A stretch of 64,000 bases of DNA from the human T2T-CHM13v2.0 reference genome, Homo sapiens (GCF_009914755.1 NC_060926.1); one strand, 5' to 3'. Numbered from the stretch's first letter, positions 18,325-33,135 are shown. A program made the numbers and translations. The notes: generated from the letters alone by a model not told the origin.

Positions 18325-19120
18325 TTTTTAATTTGCACTTCCCTAATGATGAATAATGTTGACCATCTTTCCATTTACTTGGTGTACAATTAGGTATCTT
18401 TTGTAAACGTCTGTGGAAAGTTTTTTAACTGGAATGTCTGTCTTATTATTCAGTTGTAAGAGTTCTCTGTTACGTGCTGCAAATATTTTTACCCTGGTCC
18501 TGGTTTACCTTTTCCTTTTATTAATGGTGTCTTTTGAAGAGCCTAAGTTTTAAATTCTGATGAGGTCGAAATGATGATCATTTTTTCTTTTTTGAGATAG
18601 GGTCTCACTCTGTCGCCCATGCTGGAGTGTAGTTAGTGGTCCAATCATGGGTCACTGCAGCCTTGACCTCCTGGGCTCAAGCCACCCTCTTGCTTCATCC
18701 TCCCAAGCAGCTGGGACTACAGACACACACCACCACAACTAGCTAATTTATTATTATTTTTTGTAGATACAGGGTGTCACTATGTTCCCCAGGCTAGTTT
18801 CAAACTCCTAGTCTCAAGTGATCCTCTCACTGCAGCCTCCCAAAGTGTTAGAATTATAGGCGTGAGCCACTGTGCCTGGCCTCATTTTTTCTTTTATGGT
18901 ATGTGTTTTTGGTATTTTAAAGCTTTGTCCAGTTTGCAAATATTTCTATGAAAAGCTTGGTTTTATCCTAAAAATTTTAAACCTTTAACTTTTAGACATG
19001 AGCCTATTTATTATTGTCTGTTTTAAGTTAATTGTGGCGATGGTGTGAGTTAAAGATTAAAGTTCACTTTTTCTTTCTCTGTAAATATCCAGTAGGCCTA
19101 CTATCATTTGTTGAAAAAGA
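18325..19120 (-). mobile_element. Old L1M fragment (host of the L1PA insertion; continues at 22908)
   Basis: Antisense L1 3' ORF2 motifs; sequence resumes collinearly after the L1PA. Confidence 0.7.
18581..18881 (-). mobile_element. AluJ-like
   Basis: Full dimer, TSD TCATTTTTTCTTTT. Confidence 0.92.
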
Positions 19121-19121
19121 C

Positions 19122-22100
19122 TTTTTTTTAATATACTTTAAATTCTGGGGTACATGTGCAGAACGTGAAGTTTTGTTACACAGGTATACATGTGCCATGG
19201 TGGTTTGCTGCACCCATCAACCCATCACCTGTATTAGGTACTTCTCCTAATGCTATCCCTCCCCTAGCCGCCCAACCCCCGACAGGCGTGTGATGTTCCC
19301 CTCCCTGCGTCCATGTGTTCTCATTGTTCAACTCCCACTTATGAGTGAGAACATGAGGTGTTTGGTTTTCTGTTCTTGTGTTAGTTTGCTGAGAATGATG
19401 GTTTCCAGCTTCATCCATGTCCCTGCAAAGGGCATGAACTCACCCTTTTTAATGGCTGCATAGTATTCCATGGTGTATATGTGCCACATTTTCTTTATCC
19501 ACTCTATCTTTGATGGACATTTGGGTTGGTTCCAAGTCTTTGCTATAGTGAGTAGTGCTGTAATAAACACATGTGTGCATGTGTCTTTATAGCAGAATGA
19601 TTTATAGTCCTTTGGGTATATACCCAGTAATGGGATTGCTGGGTCAAATGGTATCTCTAGTTCTAGGTCCCTGAGGAATCACCACACTGTCTTCCACAAT
19701 GGTTGAACTAATTTACACTCCCACCAACAGCGTAAAAGCGTTCCTATTTCTCCACATCCTCTCCAGCATCTGTCATTTCCTGACTTTTTAATGATCGCCA
19801 TTCTAACTGGCGTGAGATGGTATCTCACTGTAGTTTTGATTTGCATTTCTCTAATGACCAGTGATGATGAGCTTTTTTAAATATGTTTGTTGGCCGCATA
19901 AATGTCTTCTTTTGAGAAGTGTCTGTTCATATCCTTCACCCACTTTTTGATGGTTTTTTTTTCTTGTAAATTTAAGTTCTTTGTAGATTCTGGATATTAG
20001 CTCTTTGTCAGATAGATTGCAAGAATTTTCTCCCATTCTGTAGGCTGCCTGTTCACTCTGATGATAGTGCCTTTTGCTGTGCAGAAACTCTTTAGTTTAA
20101 TTAGATCCCATGTGTCAATTTTGGCTTTTGCTGCCATTGCTTCTGGTGTTTTAGATATGAAGTCTTTGCCCATGCCTACGTCCTGAATGGTATTGCCTAG
20201 GTTTTCTTCTAGGATTTTTATGGTTTTAGGTTTTACGTTTTAAGTCTTTAATCCATCTTGAGATAATTTTTGTATAAGGTATAACGAAAGGGTCCAGTTT
20301 CAGTTTTCTGCATATGGCTAGCCAGTTTTCCCAACATCATTTATTAAATAGGGAATCCTTTCTGCATTGCTTGTTTTTGTCAGGTTTGTCAAAAGATCAG
20401 ATGGCTGTAGATGTGTGGTGTTATTTCTGAGGCCTCACTTCTGTTCTATTGGTTTATGTATCTGTTTTGGTACCAGTACCATGCTGTTGTGGTTACTGCA
20501 GCCTTGCAGAATAATTTGAAGTCAGGTAGCATGATGCCTCTAGCCTTGTTCTTTTTGCTTAGAGTTGTCTTGGCTACGTGGGTTCTTTTTTCGTTCCATA
20601 TGAAGTTTAAAGTAGTTTTTTTCAATTCTGTGAAGAAAAGTCAATAGTAGCTTGATGGGGACAGCATTGAATCTATAAATTACTTTGGGCAGTATGGCCA
20701 TTTTCACGATATTGATTCTTCCTATCCATAAGCATGGAAAGTTTTTCCATTTGTTTGTGTCCTCTCTTAATTTCCTTGAGCAGTGGTTTGTAGTTCTTCT
20801 TGAAGACGTCCTTCATATCCCTTGTAAGTTGGATTCCTAGGTATTTTGTTCTCTTTGTAGCAATTGTGAATGGGAGTTACTCATGATTTGGCTGTCTGTT
20901 ATTAGCGTATAGGAACGCTTGTGATTTTTGCACAGTGAAGTATCCTGAGACTTTGCTGAAGTTGCTTATCAGCTTAAGGATATTTTGAGCTGAGATGATG
21001 GGGTTTTGTAAATATACCATCATTTCATCTGCGAACAGAGACAACTTGACTTCCTCCTTTCCTATTTGAATACTCTTTATTTCTTTCTCTTGCCTGACTG
21101 CCCTGGCCAGAACTTCCAATACTGTGTTGAATAGGGGTGGTGAGACAAGGCATCCTTGTCTTGTGCCAGTTTTCAAAGGGAATGCTTCCAGTTTTTGCCC
21201 ATTCAGCTTGATAGTCGCTGTTGGTTTGTCATAAATAGCTCTTATTAGTTTGAGATATGTTCCATCAATACCTAATTTATTGACAGTTTTTAGCATGAAG
21301 GGGTGTTGAATTTTGTCGAAGGCCTTTTCTGCATCTATTGAGATAGTCATGTGGTTTTTGTCGTTGGTTCTGTTTATGTGATGGATTACGTTTATTGATT
21401 TGCATACGTTGAACCAGCCTTACATCCTAGGGATGAAGCCAACTTGATCGTGGTAGATAAGCCTTTTGGTGTGGTGCTGGATTTGGTTTGCCAGATTTTA
21501 TTGAGGCTTCTCGCATCGATGTTCATTAGGGATATTTGCCTGAAATTTTCTTTTTTTGATGTGTCTCTGCCAGGTTTTGGATCAGACGATGTTGGCCTCA
21601 TAAAATGAGTTAAGGAGGATTCTCTCTTTTTCTATTGATTGGAATAGTTTCAGAAGGAATGGTACCAGCTCCTCTTTGTACCTCTGGTTGAATTTGGTTG
21701 TGAATCTGTCTGGTCTTGGACTTTTTTTGGTTGGTAGGCTATTAATCACTGCCTCAATTTCAGAACTTGTTATTGGTCTATTCAGGGATTCGACTCCTTC
21801 CTGATTTAGACTTAGGAGGGTGTATGTGTCCAAGAATTTATCCATTTCTTCTAGGTTTTCTAGTTTATTTGCGTAGAGGTGTTTATAGTATTCTCTGATG
21901 GTAGTTTTTTATTTCTGTCAGATAAATGGTGATATCCCCTTTATCATTTTTTATTGCATCGATTTGATTCTTCTCTCTTTTCTTCTTTATTAGTCTGGCT
22001 AGTGATTTATTTTGTTGGTCTTTTCAAAAACACAGCTCCTGGATTCATTGATTTTTTGAAGGGTTTTTTGTGTCTCTATCTCCTTCAGTTCTGCTCTGAT

Positions 22101-22907
22101 CTTAGTTATTTCTTATCTTCTGCTAGATTTTGAATTTGTTTGCTTTTGCTTCTCTAGTTCTTTTAATTTTGATGTTATGGTGTCGATTCTAGATCTTTCC
22201 TGCTTTCTCTTGTGAGCATTTAGTGCTATAAATTTCCCTCTGCACATTGCTTTAAATGTGTCCCGGAGATTCTGGTACATTGTGTCTTCGTTCTCATTGG
22301 TTTCAAAGAACATCTTTTTTCTGCCTTCATTTCATTATTTACCCAGTAGTCATTCAGGAGCAGGTTGTTCAACTTCCCTGTAGTTGTGCAGTTTTAAGTG
22401 AGTTTCTTAATCCTGAGTTCGAATTTGATTGCACTGTGATCTGAGAAACTGTTATGATTTCTGTTATTTTGCATATGTTGAGGAGTGTTTTCCTTCCAAT
22501 TATGTGGTCAATTTTAGAATAAGTGTGATCTGGTGCTGAGAAGAATGTATATTCTGTTGATTAGGGGTGGAGAGTTCTGCAGATGTCTATTAGGTTTGCT
22601 TGGTCCAGAGCTGAGTTCAGGTCCTGAATATCCTTGTTAATTTTCTGTCTCGTTGATCTGTCGAATATTGGCAGTGGATGTTAAAGTCTCCCACTATTAT
22701 TGTGTGGGAGTTTAAGTCTCTTTGTAGGTCTCTAAGAACTTGCTTTATGAATCTGGGTGCTCCTGTATTGGGTGCATATATATTTAGGATAGTTAGCTCT
22801 TCTTGTTGCATTGATCCCTTTACCATTATGTAATGCCCTTCTTTGTCTCTTTTGATCTTTGTTGGTTTCAAGTCTGTTTCATCAGAGACTAGGATTGTAA
22901 CCCCTGC
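19122..22907 (-). mobile_element. LINE-1, L1PA7/8-like, 5'-truncated in the endonuclease region
   Basis: ORF2p fragments on the minus strand, 3'UTR and short A tail; degenerate TSD GTTGAAAAAGACT / GCTGAAAAGGAGT. Confidence 0.97.
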
Positions 22908-25530
22908 TGAAAAGGAGTATTCTTGTGCCATTGAATTACCTTGACACATCTGGACAAGAAGTTTTAAACTTGATCTTCAAAACATGTAGTTTAAATCTTC
23001 TGATGTTTTTCTTTTTAAAACTTGTTTGGTCTATTCTAGATGCTTAACGTTTTCCATCTAATCTTGAAAAGCAGCTTATCAATTTCTAAAAAAAAAAATT
23101 GTCTGTTGAAATTTCTATTGGAATTGCTTAATCTAAAACTGATCTGGGGAGAATTATCATCTTCACAGTCTTCTAATCCATGAACGCGGAATCTTTCTCA
23201 ATATATCTAGGAGTTCTTTAATTACTCTATATTACAGTTTTCAGTGTACAGGTCTCAACATTTTTTTTGTTAAATTTATCCCAAAGTATGCAGTGATTTA
23301 TGCCATTGTAAATCACATTTTTCTACAACATTTTATTTTTGTATTTGTTATGAAGAAATCAGTTACTTCTGATTACTGACTGTATTACTTTTTGGTATAT
23401 TCCTTAGGACTTTCTATGCACACAATCACATGGTTTGTAGACAAAATCCTTTTTGTTTTTCCTTTCCAATCTGATGGCTCTTATTTCTGTTTCTTGTCTT
23501 AATGTAATGACTACCACATCCAGTACAATGTTTAATGTAAGTGATGAAAGTGGACATCCTTGCCACTTTCCCAATCTTAGAAAGAAAGCATTCAATCTTT
23601 TACCATTAATACCATGTTAACTGTTACTTTTCCATAGATACTCTTTATCAGGTTAAAGACATTCTTCTCTATTCTTAATGTGCTGAACAGATGCTGAATG
23701 TTGTCACAGGCTTTTTCTACATCTATTCAAATAATTACAAAGGCGTTTAAAATTTTGTTAACAAGAAAAATTATATTGTTTTCAAATAATAATCTTGCAT
23801 TCCTAGGATAAAACCCTGTTGGCCATGATGCATTACCCTGTTATCACGTTTCTGGATTTGATTTGCTAATATTCTGTTAGAGATTTCTGAATATATGTTT
23901 GAAGAGATGTCGCTTCTAGCTTTCTTTAATGCCTGCAATAATCACCTCATAAAACGTGTAAGGAAGGACATTCTATTCCTCTTTTCTAAAAGCGTTTATG
24001 TAAGACTAGTAATTTTTCACTAGGTGTCTGATCGAATTTACCAGTTTAGTCATATGAGCCTGCAGTTTTCTTTGTGGAAAGGTTTAAAACTGTAAATTCT
24101 ATGTCTTTAACAGATATTTAAAAACTAATTTTCTAATTCTCTCTTGGTTAGTTTTAATAATTTGTATCTTTCAAGTATTTGACCACTTCATCTAAATTGC
24201 TGAATTTGAGAATGAAGGGATTCATAATTTCTCTTATTCTTTGAATGTTTATAAGATCTGTAGTGATATCCCCTATTTCATTACTGATTTTTTTTGTCTG
24301 CCTTTCTTAACCAATCTAGCTACATTCAAAGAATCAGTTTTAGTTTACATTGATTTTTTTTCACTTTCTATTTAATTGATTTCTAGTATATCCTTTATTT
24401 TCTTCTATTTAAAGCTGATGCTCTATGTCTTAAACTGGAAATGTAAATTGTTCATTATAAAATTTTTCTTCTATCTGATATAAACTTTTAAAGCTATAAA
24501 TGTCTATTTAAATACTGCTTTGGCTAAATTCCAGAAAACTTGGTATGTTGTTCTATGAATTGAATTCTCCCCCACCCCACCCGCTACCTCCAAAATTCAC
24601 ATATTGAAGCCCTAATCCCCACTATGACTATTATGTGGAGACAGGGTCTATAAGCAGGCAATTAAGGTTAAATGAGGTTATAATGGTGGGGGCCCTAATA
24701 TAATGGGATTAGTATCCTTACAAAAAGAGACACCAGAAAGCCCCCATGCACACATGTGCACAAAGAGGGCATGTGAGTTACACAGTGGAATGGCTGCCAC
24801 CTACAAGCTAGGAAAACAGGTCTCAGTGTAAAGTGACTACGCTGACACCTGATTTCAGACTTCCAGATTCCAAACTGTGAGAAAATAAATGTCTATTGTT
24901 TAAGCCACCCAGTTTATGGTATTTTGTTATGGCAGTCTAGCCCAAGCAGACTAAGATATGTTGTACTTTTGTTTTCAAAGCATTTTCTAATATCCCTTAT
25001 GATTTCTTTCTTAACCCATGAGTATTGAAAAGCTTCTGGTTTAATTTCTAATTATAAAATATCTGGATTTTCATTGTTACTGATTTCTAATTTAATTTTG
25101 CTATAATCAGAGAGTATAATCTATATAATCTGCTCTTGGTGGATGTAGTGTTTAATAAATACCTATTAGGTCAAGTTACTTAATAGTGTTCTTCAAATCT
25201 ACACCCTTGCTGATTTTCCATCTATTTTATCAGTTACTAACAGATGAATGTTGAAATCTTCCCTTAGTTTTATTCATTTTTTTCCTTCACGTACTTTAAA
25301 GCTCCAATATTAGAATCTGGGATTGTTGTATCTACCTGGGGAACTGTCTCCTTCATAATTGTAAAATGTCCTTCTTTATCTCTGATAATATTCCCTGTCC
25401 TAAAGTCTACTTTGTCTGAGAGTAACATAACCATCCCAGCATTTTAAAGATTAGTGTTTACTTGTTTTCCTAGGTCTTTTTACATTTAACCTACTTGCAT
25501 ACTTACGAAGAAGTGTATTTCTTCAAAATC
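22908..25530 (-). mobile_element. Old L1M ORF2 remnant
   Basis: RT-like fragment at 23404-23595 (QGCPLSSLTLNIVLDV) and continuous antisense L1 motifs. Confidence 0.8.
24548..24958 (+). mobile_element. MaLR LTR (MLT1A/B-like)
   Basis: AAAATTCACATATTGAAGCCCTAATCCCC…AATAAATGTCTATTGTTTAAGCCACCCAG…GACTAAGATA. Confidence 0.88.
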
Positions 25531-25534
25531 AAGA

Positions 25535-25965
25535 CTACTGATGAACAGGAGAAGACACTTGCAAAATAGGACTAATATCTCCAATATATAAAGAACTCTT
25601 AACTGAATCAGAAAAAATTAAAAGCACTATAGAAAAATGGGTAGAACAGTTATGAAGAGACAACATCAAGAGACAAATATAAGCATGGCTCTTAAATACC
25701 AGGAGATGGTTAACCTCACACATAATTAAAGACAAACTAAAACTACACTGTGATAAAATTTCTGACCTATCAGATCAGCAAAAATAAAAAATGTAACACA
25801 TTCTGTTGGAAAGGATGTGGGAAACAGGCACTTTTTTTCACCAATGAGGGAATGCAAGGTGGCACAGACCTTGAAGGAGAATCTGTCAATGCTTAATGAA
25901 ACAATGTCAGCATTTACTTTTGACTCACCAACCCCACTTCCAGGAATTTATCCTACACATAAACT
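25535..25965 (+). mobile_element. Old L1ME-like 3' fragment
   Basis: Degenerate ORF2 C-terminal motifs (TATAAAGAACTC, TTTGACTCACCAACCCCACTTCCAGGAATTTATCCT). Confidence 0.6.
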
Positions 25966-25984
25966 TTATATCTATCCCTTTCCC

Positions 25985-27629
25985 TATTTGACAAGTGAAA
26001 ACTGTATATATTTATGATGTACAACATATTTTAAAATATGTACACATTGTAGAATGGCTACATTGAGCTAATGCATGCATTACCTCACATAGTTGTCTTT
26101 TATGGTAAGAACACAAAATCTACTCTCTCAGCAATTTTCAAGTACACAATACGGATGCTTCTTGACTTATGATGAGGTGACATACCAATAAATCCATCAT
26201 AAGTTGAAAATCACAAGTCAAAAATGTATTTAATACACCAACTTACTTTTAAGGTAGCCTAGTCTCCCCTTAAACATGCTCAGAACACTTACATTAGACT
26301 ACTGTTGGGCAAAGTCATCTGGTAACATGGTACAGGTAGAGTATCAGTCGTTTACTCTCTGAATTGTGTGGCTGACTGAAAGCTGCAAGAGTATTGTACA
26401 GCTAGCCCAGGAAAGATCAAAATTCAAAATGTGAAATACTGTTTCTACTGAACATATACTGTGCTTTGGCACCATCATAAAGTCCAAAAACTGCTAAGCT
26501 GAACTTACACCTTCTAACTGAAATTTTGTGTCTTTTGACTAACATCTCTCAAATCTCCCTGGTCCCCACCCTCAAGCTCTGGTAACCACCATTCTACTCT
26601 CTGCTTCTATATTCTCCATTTAAGTGAGATCATGCATTATTCATCTTTCTGTACTTGGCTTATCACATTTAACATAATGTCCTCCAAGTTCATCCATGTT
26701 GTCATAAATGACAGGATTTCCTTATTTTTTAAGGCTTAACAGTATTCCACTATATATGTGTGGAATACTATTAAGAATCCACACAGACACACACACATAC
26801 ACCCCCACATTTTCATTATCCACGTGTCCACTGATGAACACTTAGGTTGATTCCTCCCTGTCTTGGCTATTGTGAATAATGCTTCAATGAACATGAGAAT
26901 GCAGCTATCTCTTTGACATAATTATTTCATTTCTCTTGTATATATACCTAGTTATGAATTTGCTGGATCACATAGCAGTTCTATTTTTAATTTTTTTTAG
27001 CAACTGCCACACTGTTTTCCATAATACCTATACTAATTTACATTCCCACCAACAGTGAACCAGGGTTCCCTTTTCTACACATTCTTGGTCAATATTTGTT
27101 ATCTTTTGTCTTTTTGATGACAGCCTTTCTAACAGGTGTGAGATGATAATGCATCTTTGTTTTGATTAGCATTCCTGATGACTGGCCATGCAGAGCATTT
27201 CTTCATATAACCGTTAGTCATTTCTAAACATATACATTCAACAATACAAATTACAGCTACACTTATCTTTTGATTGAGCAATTCAAGTTGTAGGAATTTA
27301 CCCTGAATATAACCTTCAAAAATATGAAAATACATACACAAGAGATTATTCTTTGAAGCACTGTTTGCAATTGCAAAATACGGGAAACAAATGAAATGCT
27401 CATATATAGGACAGTGGGTAAAAAAATAATGGCACAAAAGTAAATTTTTTAAATGGGGATATTTTTGTTGCTTATGCTTTTGAGATCTTAGCCCTAAAAT
27501 CTTAGCCTACATCAATGTCTTGGAACATTTCCTCTACGTTTTCTTCAAGTAGTTTTATAGTTTCGGGTCTTAGATATAAGTCTTTAATCCATTTTGAGTT
27601 GATTTTTGTATATGGTGAGAGATAAGAGT
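25985..27629 (-). mobile_element. L1MA-like 3' end, interrupted
   Basis: Antisense L1MA 3'UTR motifs; interrupted by a Tigger element and by an opposite-strand L1 piece at about 27225-27438. Confidence 0.75.
26151..26505. mobile_element. Tigger4 (Zombi)-derived element
   Basis: CGGATGCTTCTTGACTTATGATG start; CCCAGGAAAGATCAAAATTCAAAA motif. Confidence 0.75.
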
Positions 27630-28315
27630 TGACCCAGCAATTCCACTACTGGCTATTTATCCAAAGGGAAAGAAATCAGTATTTCAAAGATACACCTGCA
27701 ACCCCAGGTTTACCGTAGCACTATTCACAGTAGCAAAGATATGAAATCAACCTAAGTGTCCATCAATGGATGAACAAAGAAAATAGGTATATATTAAACA
27801 CAATGGAATATTATTCAGCCATAAAAAACAATAAAATCCTGTTATTTTCAGCAACATAGATGGAACTGGAGTTTATGTTAAGTGAAACAGGCAAGGCACT
27901 GAAAAGCAAATATTGCATGTTCTGACTTATAGAAGGGAGCTAAAAAAGTTTATCTTGTGAAGGTAAAGAGTAGAATGACAGTCACCAGAGGCTGGGAAGC
28001 ATTTGCTTTTTGGTGTGAGAGGGAGGATGAAGAGAGGTAGGCTACTGGGCTCAAGTATACAGTTATTAACAGACAGAAGGAATAAGCCCTAGTTTTTAAC
28101 AGCAGGGCAGAGTGACTATAGTTAGCAACCATATATTGCATATTTCAAAGTCACTAGAAGAGAAGATTGGAAATGTTCCTAACACAAAGAAATGATAAAT
28201 GTTCAAGGTGATGCATATCCTAAACACCCTGATTTGATCATTACACAGTCTATGCATGTATCAAACTATCACATGTACCCCATCAATATGTATTATGCAA
28301 TAATAAAAAAAAATT
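27630..28315 (+). mobile_element. L1MA-like 3' end with poly-A
   Basis: TGACCCAGCAATTCCACTACTGG…GATTTGATCATTACACA…AATAAAAAAAAA. Confidence 0.85.
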
Positions 28316-28846
28316 TTAAAGTAGAGTAAAAATCCTAAATGGGATACAGAGAGAAACAAATAAACTAAACTTCATTTAAAATGTACAACACAGATGGGTG
28401 TGGGGGTGGGAGAAGGATGAAGAGAAAGATGAAGAACATTATAACCCATGTAAATTTAGAATACAGTATTTTGACAATATACACTCAGACTAAAGAAAAA
28501 ACATGAACTCTAAACACCGTACTCTTTTTTTATGGCTGTAACAGTTAACAATTTTGAAACTAATTTATCTGTATTCTAGGATTGAACAAATCAATACACT
28601 TACTGTAGACAGATAACTGGAGCCAGATTTCTCATTGTTGGAGAATGGACAGAAACAGAATAGACAGAACACTGGTTTTGTATCAAAATTGGAGGCATCA
28701 GTAACTCACGGTTTTTAATATACACAGATACAAGAATAGGAATATGTTTGTGTATACTGTACATATTTATACACATAAACATAAACATTTTCTTCCTTTT
28801 ACTAAGAGTCTAGAGATAATGACACCTCACTAATAATGACACCACT

Positions 28847-29282
28847 TGTGATGGTTAATACTGAGTGTTAACTTGATTAGATTGAAGGATATGATACAAA
28901 GTATTAATCCTGGGTGTGTCTGTGTGGGTGTTGCCAAAAAGAGATTAACATCTGAGTCAGTGGGCTGGGGAAGGCAGATCCACCCTTAATCTGGTGGGCA
29001 CAATCTAATCAGCTTCCAGCAAATATAAAGCAGGCAGGAAAACATGAAAAGAGAGATGGGCCTAGCCTCCAAGCCTACATCTTTCTCCTGTGCTGGATGG
29101 TTCTCGCCCTTGAACGCTGGACTCCCAAGTTCTTCAGTTTGGGACTCAGACTGGCTCTCCTTGCTCCTCAGCTTGCAGACGGCCTATTGTGGGACCTTGT
29201 GATCGTGTAAATTAATACTTAATAAATTCCCCTTTATATATTTATCCTAACAGTTCTGTCCCTCTAAGAGAATCCTAATACA
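28847..29282 (+). mobile_element. MLT2A (ERVL) solo LTR
   Basis: TGTGATGGTTAATACTGAGTGTTAACTTGATT…GAGAATCCTAATACA, complete TG…CA LTR. Confidence 0.93.
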
Positions 29283-29895
29283 TTACAGTAGCAATGAGTA
29301 CACATGGCACATAAAGATTAATTTTTCAATATTATCTTCCACTAAAATGAAGCAGGAGTCTTTCAAGAAATAGGTTGTTCCAGGGCTGTGGCAAGGAAAT
29401 TACAAAACAAGCCTGGAACATCCTAACATACCAGAAAGTAAGAAGTGCTCAATGATTGCTGGGGACACGTAAATGACACAGAATAGACCTAACTAAGCAC
29501 GTGCGATTTTTTTATGACAGCGCAAATGATGGTGAAATACCTGGATAAAAATGAACTGTGACCTCAATCTTAACTTCAATCAGAATGTCAACTAAGAAAC
29601 ATAGATTAAGTGTGATAGAATTTTTAGAAAACCCAGCCAGCGCAATAACTGTTCCAGGCAAGAATCATCAGTAGATTCTAAAACTAGTCAGAGTTTCATG
29701 TAAAACACAGTACTTGCATAGTCTCAAAGTACTTCTCTGCAAGACACTTATGAATTATAAGAGAAAAATGGAACAAAGAGACGCCAAGTGCTTCCTGATA
29801 GGATGCATTGGGAGAGACACAAACTTCAGTAATATTCCACCAAAAATGCAAATTCTGAATCAAATAATGAGTAAATATCAGAAAACTCTAGCTGG

Positions 29896-30182
<287 letters not shown>

Positions 30183-30774
30183 CATCTGGGTTATTCTATA
30201 AAATAAACAGCATCTACTCTTCAAAAATGTCAAAGTTCTAAGAGAGTAAGAAAGACAAATCAATAGTTCTACATTAGAGACTAAAGAGAAGTGAAAATTA
30301 AATATGAGGGTCTGAACCCTGGACCCCAAATTTTTTAAAATAAAAGACGTTAATGGGACAATTTACAAAATTCCAATGAGGCCTCTAGATTAAACAGCAG
30401 TATGAGACAGTCTTAATTTCCTGAATTTGATGAGTATATGATGATCTCTAAAACAATGTTCATGTTTATAAGAAATATACACTGAAATATTTAGGGGTAA
30501 AATAGCATCATGTCTACAAATGATTTTCAAATGCTTCAGAAAAATTATAAATACATGTACATGTATGTATAAAAAGGTAGCTATGGGGAGGGAAGGAAAA
30601 GGAGAGAGTTAAAAAAGAGAGATTAGGAGTGATAAAGCAAATATGAAAAAACATTAACAAATGAGGAATTTGGGTCAAGAAGATATAAGAATTATTTGTA
30701 CTATTTTTCCATCTTTTCTCTAAAATTATTTCAAAACAAAAGGTAAAATATTAAATACAAAATTAAAATAAAGT

Positions 30775-32020
30775 TCTTGTAGACAAAATATGCTTGGGTC
30801 TTGCTTTTTAAATATAATCTGACAATTGGTGTTGAAATTATTCATTTACTACGGTTTCTGATATGTTTGGGTTTAAGTCTGCCATATTGCCATTTGTTTT
30901 CTATTTTTCCCATCTGCTTTTTATTCCTCTTGTTCTGTTTATGCCTTCTTTTAGATCAACTGAGTATTCATTTAGTATTTCATTCTATCTTCGTGACTAG
31001 TTTATTGGCTATAGTTCTTTTTTTTTTTTTGATTTTAATGTTTCGTGTGGGGCTTATTTCATATTACCACAGTTTAACTTCAAATAATATTGTACTACTT
31101 TACATAACATCTAAGAACCTTACAACTCAATTCTTCCATGCAACCCTCCTGTCCTTTGTGCTGTTATCACATATGCAATGTATACATGTTATAAACAATC
31201 ATTTTTGTTTTTAAAATGTTAGAAATTAACATTTTGTTAACCAGAAAACATTTTTTATATTTTTCCACATATTTTTGCCTTTTTGGTGGTCTTTGTTCTT
31301 CGTAGGATCCGTGTTTTCACCTCAAATGGTTAACTACCTTTAGCCTGTAACATTTCTTAAAAGTGCCAGTCTACTGCAAATTTTCTCAGTTTTGTCTGAA
31401 AATGTCTTCATTTTTTTTGAAGGATATTCCTGCTGGAAGCAGTGTTTTAGATTAGCGATTTTTTCTTTTGGTACTTTAAAAATGTCATTTCATTGGTTTT
31501 GGGGTGGCATTTGTCCTTGATGAACAACCAGCAGTCATTCCTATCTTTTGAACTACTATATTTAGTTTTCTTCCCTGGCTGTTTCTCTATTTATGACTGA
31601 TTTTCGACAACTTGAATATTATCTGGCTTGGTGTGACTTTCTGTGTTACTCTTGCTTCAGGTTTATTAAAGTTCTTTGACAGCTCCTCCCTCTCCCAATT
31701 CCTAGGAACTCACTTAGACATGTGTTAGACTGCTTGCTACTACTGTACCAGAGGTCACCAAGGGTTTATTTGTTTTTTAGTCATTTTTCTCCCTGTGCTT
31801 CAGTTTAAATTACTGCTGTCACTGTCTTCAAACTCACTAAGCTTTTCTTTTGCAATGTCTAGGTTGTTCTTAATCCTATCCAGTGAAATACTCATTTCAG
31901 AAACAACATTTTTCAACTCTAGAGGCTTCATTTGTTTCTTTTTCATACTGTCCATTTTCCCTCATTATGTTCATGTCTTCCTTTAAATTGCTGAACACAT
32001 AAAATTGATGTATTAAATTC
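30775..32020 (-). mobile_element. Old L1M remnant (ORF1 region)
   Basis: Antisense L1 5'/ORF1-like motifs (TGTCTTCAAACTCACTAAGCTTTTCTT). Confidence 0.55.
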
Positions 32021-32022
32021 TC

Positions 32023-32500
32023 TGTAGAGGAACAGGCATCACCTGGATGCCACCGGCCCTCCTCAAGATAAGCCTCTGTAGCACAAAGCCTGTAGAAAAT
32101 GAGATCTGCCAATATCCTCTGGCCGTTAAACACACCCAAATACCTCTGGAGGATATTGGAGACACCACTTCTGATGAGGTTATAAAGCATATGTGTTGAT
32201 GAAATGACAAAATGCAATCTACTCTAAAAGAAAGCTGTGCTTTTGAAGAGGGTCTTATAAACGGATGCTGTAAGCCTCTCAGGGTTTAGTTGTAAGGGGT
32301 ATCAAGACACCTAAGGTATATGTTAGTGGTCCATATGGTTATCAGTCTTTCATCAGCATCAAAACAGTCTGCCAGGCCCAAGTCTGCAAGCCCTTGATCC
32401 TAGACTTCTGAGCCTCTAGAACTGTGAGAAATAAATGTCTGTTGTTTAAGCCACTCAGTCTATGGTATTTTGTTATAGCATCCTGGACTCACTAAGACAT
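32023..32500 (+). mobile_element. LTR fragment joined to an MLT1 3' end
   Basis: 32390-32500 is a clear MLT1 terminus (AGAACTGTGAGAAATAAATG…CTAAGACA); 32023-32390 is LTR-like, family not identified. Confidence 0.55.
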
Positions 32501-32624
32501 GTTTTAGGGCTTAACCCAGTCCCATACCCAATCTGCATACTAATTTGAATTAAATATTTACCCAACTCATGATCCTGGTCACACACACACAAAATGTAAA
32601 ATGTGACAGTTGTAAATTCTGTCT

Positions 32625-33135
32625 ACAAACCTAATATTCCTGTCATCAGTAGGTACGGAGCTCTTTCTCCCCACCCTTATCTTGAATCTAGGCCAATCTA
32701 AGTGACTTGCTGACTAATAGCATATGGCAGCAGAAGTAATATTATGACTTCCAAGGGCAGATTAAGGTGATACAGCTTTCACTAGTTTCCTCTGGGACAT
32801 TCACTCTTGGAGTCCAGCCATCATACTAGGAGGAAGCCCAAACTAGCCCATGTGAAGGCCACACAAAGAGGCCTACATATAGGCATTCTAGTTGAGAGCT
32901 CAGCTGAGGTCCCAGCTAGAAACTAGCATCAACATGTAATGAACATGCCTCCAGCTCCCAGCCATCAAGTCATTTCCAACTCTGAAATCTCCCCAGCTGA
33001 GTCCCCAGATCATGGAGAAGAGACAAGCTGTCTTTGCTGTCCCCTGCCTGAATTTCTGACAGAGTTTGAGAGCATCATAAAATGGTTATTTTATGCCACT
33101 AACTTTTAGATAGAAGTAGATAATAGATAAGTAGA
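32625..33135 (+). mobile_element. MaLR LTR (MLT1G/H-like)
   Basis: GAGGAAGCCCAAACTAGCC…CCCAGCTGAG…AAAATGGTTATTTTATGCCACTAA motifs. Confidence 0.75.
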
